Assembly: GCA_022572885.1 (NCBI GenBank)
Contig: JACZVC010000016.1
Location: 2,646 to 66,645, forward strand
Direction of reading: 5' to 3'
DNA from: Pseudomonadota bacterium
Lineage (GTDB): Bacteria > Pseudomonadota > Gammaproteobacteria > Steroidobacterales > MnTg04
DNA: 64,000 nt
Under the pieces are notes generated by a model. It saw only the letters and a program-made list of their open reading frames with translations, was not told where the DNA came from and made no database searches. The first letter of the stretch is position 1; each line of letters starts with the position of its first letter. Shown one piece after another: positions 58,501 through 63,568 of the stretch. The position numbers and the translations under genes were made by a program.

Positions 58501-58575
58501 GCCGCCGACCGAACCACCGGAATTTCCGGTGGTTCGGCCGCGTCCCCGTAACGAGTATGCGCCCAAGAAGATCAA
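52594..58575 (-). CDS. Giant (up to 1993 aa) secreted/outer-membrane protein with Ig-like repeats, an internal OmpA-like domain and a long barrel-like C-terminal region
   Basis: A single uninterrupted ORF. A signal-like segment ([22 protein letters not shown]) lies at aa ~53-75. DUF11/TIGR01451-like segments are present ([81 protein letters not shown]). CarboxypepD_reg/SdrD-B-like segments are also present ([50 protein letters not shown]). An OmpA_C-like motif lies at aa ~795-900 ([13 protein letters not shown]...[16 protein letters not shown]...GKGADQPLV...NRRVELHV). The last ~800 aa have alternating-polarity strands rich in aromatic and Gly residues. The start is uncertain because there is no ATG before the signal segment, and the listed start is TTG. 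Confidence 0.8.
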   Translation of the reverse strand: [1993 protein letters not shown]

Positions 58576-58591
58576 GAGGAGAATTCCCGGG

Positions 58592-59737
58592 CTACTGTAT
58601 CGTGACCCGGAAGCTCACCGTGGCGACATCGGCCGGGTTCAGCGTGACAGCGTTGACTGTCACGATGTTCGCGGCGAATACGCCCTGATCAGCATCAGCC
58701 TCTTCCGTCAGATCGGTAACGACTGCGTTGATATCGAGCTGGATATCAAACACATTGCCAACACCGTACTGATTGGACGTGAACGCAATCCTGCCGGCGC
58801 CGATTTCAACCGACAAATCATCGGCAATCGTGACAGTGGTCGCTTGCGCGGTGCCGGTATTCGTCACCGTGATCGTGTATTCGACGATCGCGCCGGGAAC
58901 GGCCAATGGATTGGTCGTGCCGTTGAACGGATCCGAGATTACAGTGGACGCTTTGACAATCGTCAGCACCGCCGCCTGCACCAGGAATGCATCCCGGTCG
59001 GAAGCCTGACCATCCACAGCACCGTCATCGGTCGAGGTGACCGCGGGGAAGTCGTCGGCAAACACCACATCGACCGATCCGGGCGTATCCGCACCGACAG
59101 TCTCCGCCGTCAGCGCATCCAGTACCCCCGAGGTCGAATCATGCGTCGTCGCCTGCAGCGAAACACCGATCACCGCGCCATTGACGGCGCCAACGGGAAT
59201 ATCCGCAACCACCCAGACGGTGCGCGTTTCATCGGCAGCCATCGCGTTGAGGAAGGTCACGACCACGTCAGCACCATCGAATGTGTTGCTGCCATCGTCC
59301 AGGTATATGGTGATGGTGGTTGCGTCACTGGTTGCGCTGTCGCTGTCGGTCAGCGCTGCGCTGAACGGCACGGAAGCACCGTCACCCAGGTTGACCGCTG
59401 CCAGGGCATAGTCTTGCTCCGTATTGCCTTCGTTGGTCACCGTAAACCCCAGTATCTGCGGGTCGACAAAACCGGCGACCAGCTGGCCGGGAACGACCAC
59501 TGCCGCGCTGTCGCTGATTTCGGCAACCAGCACGTCGACCATGTTGTCCACGACAAAAACCGCGGGCGCGCTGGTGACCGGCGTTTGCGCGACGCCGCCA
59601 CTGGAAAAGTTGACCGTGGCGTCGTTGGAGATCGACGTCCCCGAAGGCGTACCGACCGCGAAGGTCGTCTGGGCAAACATCAGACCCAGCAGACCGACAA
59701 GCACGCCAAGGCGCGTTATCTTTGCTTGAGTTTTCAT
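58592..59737 (-). CDS. Secreted DUF11/TIGR01451 repeat-domain protein (381 aa), candidate fibre subunit
   Basis: The ATG has a GAGGAG SD. A signal peptide is present (ITRLGVLVGLLGLMFAQTTFA). The composition is Thr/Val/Asp/Ala-rich beta type. The C-terminal DUF11 pattern reads PGAIVEYTITVTNTGTAQATTVTIADDL...VSFRVTIQ. It is a paralogue of the 323-aa protein. Confidence 0.8.
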   Translation of the reverse strand: MKTQAKITRLGVLVGLLGLMFAQTTFAVGTPSGTSISNDATVNFSSGGVAQTPVTSAPAVFVVDNMVDVLVAEISDSAAVVVPGQLVAGFVDPQILGFTVTNEGNTEQDYALAAVNLGDGASVPFSAALTDSDSATSDATTITIYLDDGSNTFDGADVVVTFLNAMAADETRTVWVVADIPVGAVNGAVIGVSLQATTHDSTSGVLDALTAETVGADTPGSVDVVFADDFPAVTSTDDGAVDGQASDRDAFLVQAAVLTIVKASTVISDPFNGTTNPLAVPGAIVEYTITVTNTGTAQATTVTIADDLSVEIGAGRIAFTSNQYGVGNVFDIQLDINAVVTDLTEEADADQGVFAANIVTVNAVTLNPADVATVSFRVTIQ

Positions 59738-59915
59738 TTCTTTCTCCTCGTTTCATAACCCTTGCGGGCGCATACAGGTATAAAAACCGGCGCACGAATA
59801 CCTGCACTCCGTGCACCATCCCCCGTTCAAAAATGAAATTTTCTAAATCTTTCTTGTTATTTTTTAGCTACCGCCAGCACCGGCTTCTTGCCGGCAGCGG
59901 CGGTTAGCTTGTTGT

Positions 59916-60422
59916 TCACTGCAGCCGCGTGCGAAAACGGGCAAAACCCTGCGCACCCGGTTGTAGTTCGTTCCTCAGTATCCAGCGTATATCCGTATAG
60001 TCGGATGCCTGCGCCGGCCGCTGGCTGCCATCTGGCGCAGTCACCACCAGTTCTTCGGGCGTACCCCAGCTCTGTCCGCCATCGATCGAAAAACTGATAT
60101 CGGCGCCGGGTCCGAAAGCGGTCCCATCCACGTATTCCATGTGCCGCGGCACCGGGTTGGTAATCACGACGCTTTCCGCCGGCTCGCTGCCGGTATTGGA
60201 AAAACTGACGGTGTAGATGACGATATCGCCAGGTACGACCTTGCTGGCCGGCTCAAGACGGGTAACCGTTTCACCATTGGCGTCGGTCTCGATGATTTCC
60301 ACATCGGCCGAAGTCTGGATCTGAATAACCCCGGTTTCCTGTGGCGTCGCGACGAATGACATCAGAAACAGCGCCAGCAAGCCGAGCGAGCGAGCGATAA
60401 TTTTGTTGTTGAAAGTTTTCAT
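59916..60422 (-). CDS. Small secreted single-DUF11-domain protein (168 aa)
   Basis: A signal peptide is present (IIARSLGLLALFLMSFVATPQ). There is one TIGR01451-like domain (PGDIVIYTVSFSNTGSEPAESVVITNPVPRHMEYVDGTA). The start lies 11 nt after the stop of the upstream gene. Confidence 0.8.
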   Translation of the reverse strand: MKTFNNKIIARSLGLLALFLMSFVATPQETGVIQIQTSADVEIIETDANGETVTRLEPASKVVPGDIVIYTVSFSNTGSEPAESVVITNPVPRHMEYVDGTAFGPGADISFSIDGGQSWGTPEELVVTAPDGSQRPAQASDYTDIRWILRNELQPGAQGFARFRTRLQ

Positions 60423-60433
60423 GGTTTATCCCC

Positions 60434-61405
60434 TTAGTTGATGACCACGGTAAATGCGATGGTTTGCGGTCCATCCGCCGAATCCAGATCGCCCAGCGAC
60501 ACGGTTACTGCGCCACCGACAAACGCGCCGGCATCGGCATCCGGTGCATCGGTCAGCGGACCGCCGTTCAATGTCAAAGAACCTGCCTGGTAGGTGGTAA
60601 AAGGCGGAATCGGATCAGTGAAAGTCGCGTTGATTGCCGTGCCCGAACCACTCGCGGTCACCACAATCTGGTAGGTGATCTGTGCGCCCGGTATTGGCTC
60701 GGTCCCGCCAAACGGATCGACAACCGATGCTGACTTGACGATTGACAGCGAAACGTTGCTGACGATGTAGGTGCCGGTATCGGCATCATCGCCGCCATTG
60801 GCACCGACCACCGCATCGGTACCCAGATCGCCCTGGCCACCAAAAACATCGCCCGGGGCGCCGGTTCCGGTCAGGGAAGTCGCGGTCAGCTCGCTAAAAC
60901 CCTGGTTGCCGTCGACCAGCCCGAGCGGGATATCGTTGACCAGCAGAATATTGACCGAGGCGTCCGGCGCCAGTTGCGGGTCATTGACCCCGGCATTGTA
61001 CGGGGTGTCGCCGGCGGACAGGTCGCCGCTGCCATCGCTGTCAAAAAAGATCGATGGCGCCGCCGGGACCGGATCGAAATCATCGCCAGGCAAGGCGCTG
61101 TCGATAGCCAGGGTGAAATCCTCGGTGCCGTTACCGGTGTTGGTCACGGTAAACAGCAACGAGCGATTGGCGTCGCCCGGCGTCACCGGGACGATCGGGC
61201 TCTGCAACAGGACGTTGACATCGAGGATCTCGGCCACGGTGACCACCAGGATGTTCGAGCTCTGCGACACCGGCGTGCCGGCGATCAGGTAATCGACCTG
61301 GGCGGAATTCGCGATATCCGTACCCGCAGTGGTACCCACTGCGTATACGGGTTGCGAACCGATCAGGGCTCCCAGCAAAAGCAAAAACATCGGTGTCCGT
61401 CTCAT
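60434..61405 (-). CDS. Secreted DUF11/TIGR01451 repeat-domain protein (323 aa), candidate fibre subunit
   Basis: ATG 61405 is preceded by AAGGAG. A signal peptide is present (MRRTPMFLLLLGALIGSQPVYA). The C-terminal DUF11 pattern reads PGAQITYQIVVTASGSGTAINATFTDPIPPFTTYQAGSLTLNG...IAFTVVIN. The track ORF starts 11 codons earlier at 61438. Confidence 0.8.
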   Translation of the reverse strand: MRRTPMFLLLLGALIGSQPVYAVGTTAGTDIANSAQVDYLIAGTPVSQSSNILVVTVAEILDVNVLLQSPIVPVTPGDANRSLLFTVTNTGNGTEDFTLAIDSALPGDDFDPVPAAPSIFFDSDGSGDLSAGDTPYNAGVNDPQLAPDASVNILLVNDIPLGLVDGNQGFSELTATSLTGTGAPGDVFGGQGDLGTDAVVGANGGDDADTGTYIVSNVSLSIVKSASVVDPFGGTEPIPGAQITYQIVVTASGSGTAINATFTDPIPPFTTYQAGSLTLNGGPLTDAPDADAGAFVGGAVTVSLGDLDSADGPQTIAFTVVIN

Positions 61406-61605
61406 TATTGGCTCCTTACGCCGCCTTGCACTTGCCATCTGTTTATGGACGCGGGTACAAGCTGCAAAAACCCCCGCGAATTGAGTGTGTTACCGGAGCG
61501 AATATAGGTTAATCCGCGAAGTAACATAATGGTTTGGTGCTTATTTTCCCGAATTATTTGACAGTTATTTCTGAAATTGTGAACGGCGTCACAAGCATTC
61601 GCGTC

Positions 61606-61845
61606 ATGCCAAACACTGGCGACACTGGAAAAAAAGAATCGGGGGCAAAACGGCCTTGTGCCAAAGCGGGGAAGAAAGCCCGGGCCAACAAAAAAACAGC
61701 CGGTGCGCCCCGGAAACCGGCTACTACAAAAGCGAAAAAAACCCGAACTAAGCGGAAAACCAGCGGCCAGGCCGCGCCGGCCTCCGTGTATGCCCTGGAT
61801 CAGGTGCCGAACCGCGCCAACACGGAAGAGGTGCCGCACCTGTGA
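61606..61845 (+). CDS. Small lysine-rich basic protein (79 aa), hypothetical
   Basis: The product is MPNTGDTGKKESGAKRPCAKAGKKARANKKTAGAPRKPATTKAKKTRTKRKTSGQAAPASVYALDQVPNRANTEEVPHL. Third-position G+C is better in this frame than in the overlapping alternatives. There is no clear SD. It may be the 5' part of a frameshifted relic (see findings). Confidence 0.35.
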   Translation: MPNTGDTGKKESGAKRPCAKAGKKARANKKTAGAPRKPATTKAKKTRTKRKTSGQAAPASVYALDQVPNRANTEEVPHL

Positions 61846-61983
61846 ACAAGTACTCGGTGCCAATCCGCTCATCGGTTTTGACGGTCGTGAAGTCCTTGGC
61901 GCCATCGGTGGCTTGTTCCGGATACTCTCAGTCAGAGCGGACTTCGTCATCCGCGAACAATACTGCTACCCATAGCGTCTCGG

Positions 61984-63147
61984 TCAGGCAGATACCTGGC
62001 TAAATCTGATCTTTAAGCATCCCTTACCAAGACTTTGATCGTTCCGTCCGCGGAGCGTGTAGCCGATCGACACTGTCTTTCCCTGCATGTCGGGCCCCAC
62101 CGCCAGCCGCAAGTCGCTTTCAAAAGCCTGCTCCGGGCTGTCAGGGGGGAGCAAGCCGAGCGAGCTGCGCACCAGTATTTTGTCATCGCGGCGCTGTACC
62201 TCCGGGTAGCCTGGCTTTTCGACCTCATGCCGAGAGCGTTTGTCATCCGGGCTGATATACAGGCGATCGGCCACATCCAAATCCGGAATTCGCGGAAAAG
62301 CGAGTACAATGCTCACATCCTTGATGCCCTTTGCACCCTTGTTGCAAACTGTCAGATTCAGTTTCACTGCTCGTTCTTCGAAAAAGTAGTAGTTATCGGC
62401 GTCGGCAAACTTTTTTTCGGGCTCTTCGTATACGCCAATCAACGTATCCATGCCACGCGCATCGAATTCGGCATCAGGACCATATTCACGTACGTGCGTC
62501 ATTCGCATAATTTTTGTGTTTAGCGTACCGAAACTATCTTTAATCGCCTTTTTGAAATCCAAGCTCTTCTTAACTTTCCGTTTTTCCCCGGCAGATGGCG
62601 GATTAGAGGTGTCAGGCACGGGCGACTCGAACAACGCACAGTCCGGCCGGCCATTGAAACCCACCATAATCGTGGGTTGATTGGCCGCCTCGTGCGCGCT
62701 GATCTGAGCGAGCTCAGTGCAATCGACGGCGCGAAGTTGCCGGCCCTCTCGGATCCAGGACTGACCGCGCGAAAGCTTTTCGGAGAAATCCTGCCTGACG
62801 ACATACGGCCCGTCATCGCAACCGTCAATTTCCAGAGCGCCAACGAGCTTGTTGTTAATCCTGTCGTAGATGAATGCCAGGTGGAGAACCGGTTCGATCA
62901 GTGCCGATGACAGCCGATGGGCTTTCTTCAGATCGGTCATGACGCTGTCAGCGATACCGACGATACGGCTGCCAGCCATGGCTCCCGCATTGATCCCAAA
63001 CAGGATATACCGGGGGCCATCGACATCGGCGTTGGCCAGGCCGATGACCTCCTTGACCAACTCCTCCTGATCCTGCTCCCGGAAAGGATCGCAAACGAGC
63101 AGGTTTGCGGAGGTTAGTGATCGTTCTAGCAATTGCTTCAGGAGCAT
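61984..63147 (-). CDS. Hypothetical protein with an N-terminal Schlafen/AlbA_2-like (divergent AAA) domain
   Basis: 387-394 aa (ATG 63147 or GTG 63168). EELVKEVIGLANADVDGPRYILFGIN...RIVGI...LEIDGCDDGPYVVRQDF...SWIREGRQLR follows the AlbA_2 layout by eye (conserved ANxxGG-like loop, IGV strand, P-Y-V strand, IR-G). The C-terminal ~220 aa are unassigned. The gene has lower G+C than the core region. Confidence 0.55.
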   Translation of the reverse strand: MLLKQLLERSLTSANLLVCDPFREQDQEELVKEVIGLANADVDGPRYILFGINAGAMAGSRIVGIADSVMTDLKKAHRLSSALIEPVLHLAFIYDRINNKLVGALEIDGCDDGPYVVRQDFSEKLSRGQSWIREGRQLRAVDCTELAQISAHEAANQPTIMVGFNGRPDCALFESPVPDTSNPPSAGEKRKVKKSLDFKKAIKDSFGTLNTKIMRMTHVREYGPDAEFDARGMDTLIGVYEEPEKKFADADNYYFFEERAVKLNLTVCNKGAKGIKDVSIVLAFPRIPDLDVADRLYISPDDKRSRHEVEKPGYPEVQRRDDKILVRSSLGLLPPDSPEQAFESDLRLAVGPDMQGKTVSIGYTLRGRNDQSLGKGCLKIRFSQVSA

Positions 63148-63568
63148 GACATTGACCGGAAATCGCACTTACCGATAACTCTAGATGCTACGCCTTACAT
63201 GATTCTGCGATGGCAGTCTCAGTTTCCTGATCTGATCCGTTCGGGTATCCAGCCTTTTTTGCCACTTGGGCTTCTACCGGCGTGGACCTGTCTGGCATTC
63301 CAGATGTTTCCTTAACTTCATAAAATATTCCGATGATGTGAACCGGATCACACTGTCGGTCGGACCTTCCTCTCGAACCGGCATGCCGTTCACATCCAAA
63401 ACGCCACTAACTCTCTAATATTTCGAAAGTGATCGTGTCTGGCGAGAGTTGATCCAGGCCTGAAATCCGCGATACTGAGGGAACGACACTGCCACGAATT
63501 AGCAATGAGTCGATAGGTGACCCTTTTTCGTATACGTTATTGGGATGGCAATAAATAGCTTGAATACC

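Noticed and set aside
61405-61950. 181-aa minus-strand ORF spanning the promoter region upstream of the cluster
   Set aside because: The sequence is Arg/Pro/Gly/Phe/Ser-rich and low-complexity. It overlaps the true start region of the 323-aa gene, is antisense to the better-scoring basic ORF, and has poor third-position G+C.
63341-63410. Imperfect inverted repeat GATGTGAAC...GTTCACATC in the non-coding stretch after the AlbA_2-like gene
   Set aside because: Only ~9-10 bp match and the arms are separated by ~40 nt. There is no adjacent gene start it could obviously regulate, and it could arise by chance.
61976-63568. Calling the lower-GC patch a mobile element or genomic island
   Set aside because: No integrase, transposase, tRNA gene, terminal inverted repeats or flanking direct repeats are visible within the window. 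Only the compositional shift and gene content support foreign origin, so it is kept as a finding rather than a mobile_element feature.
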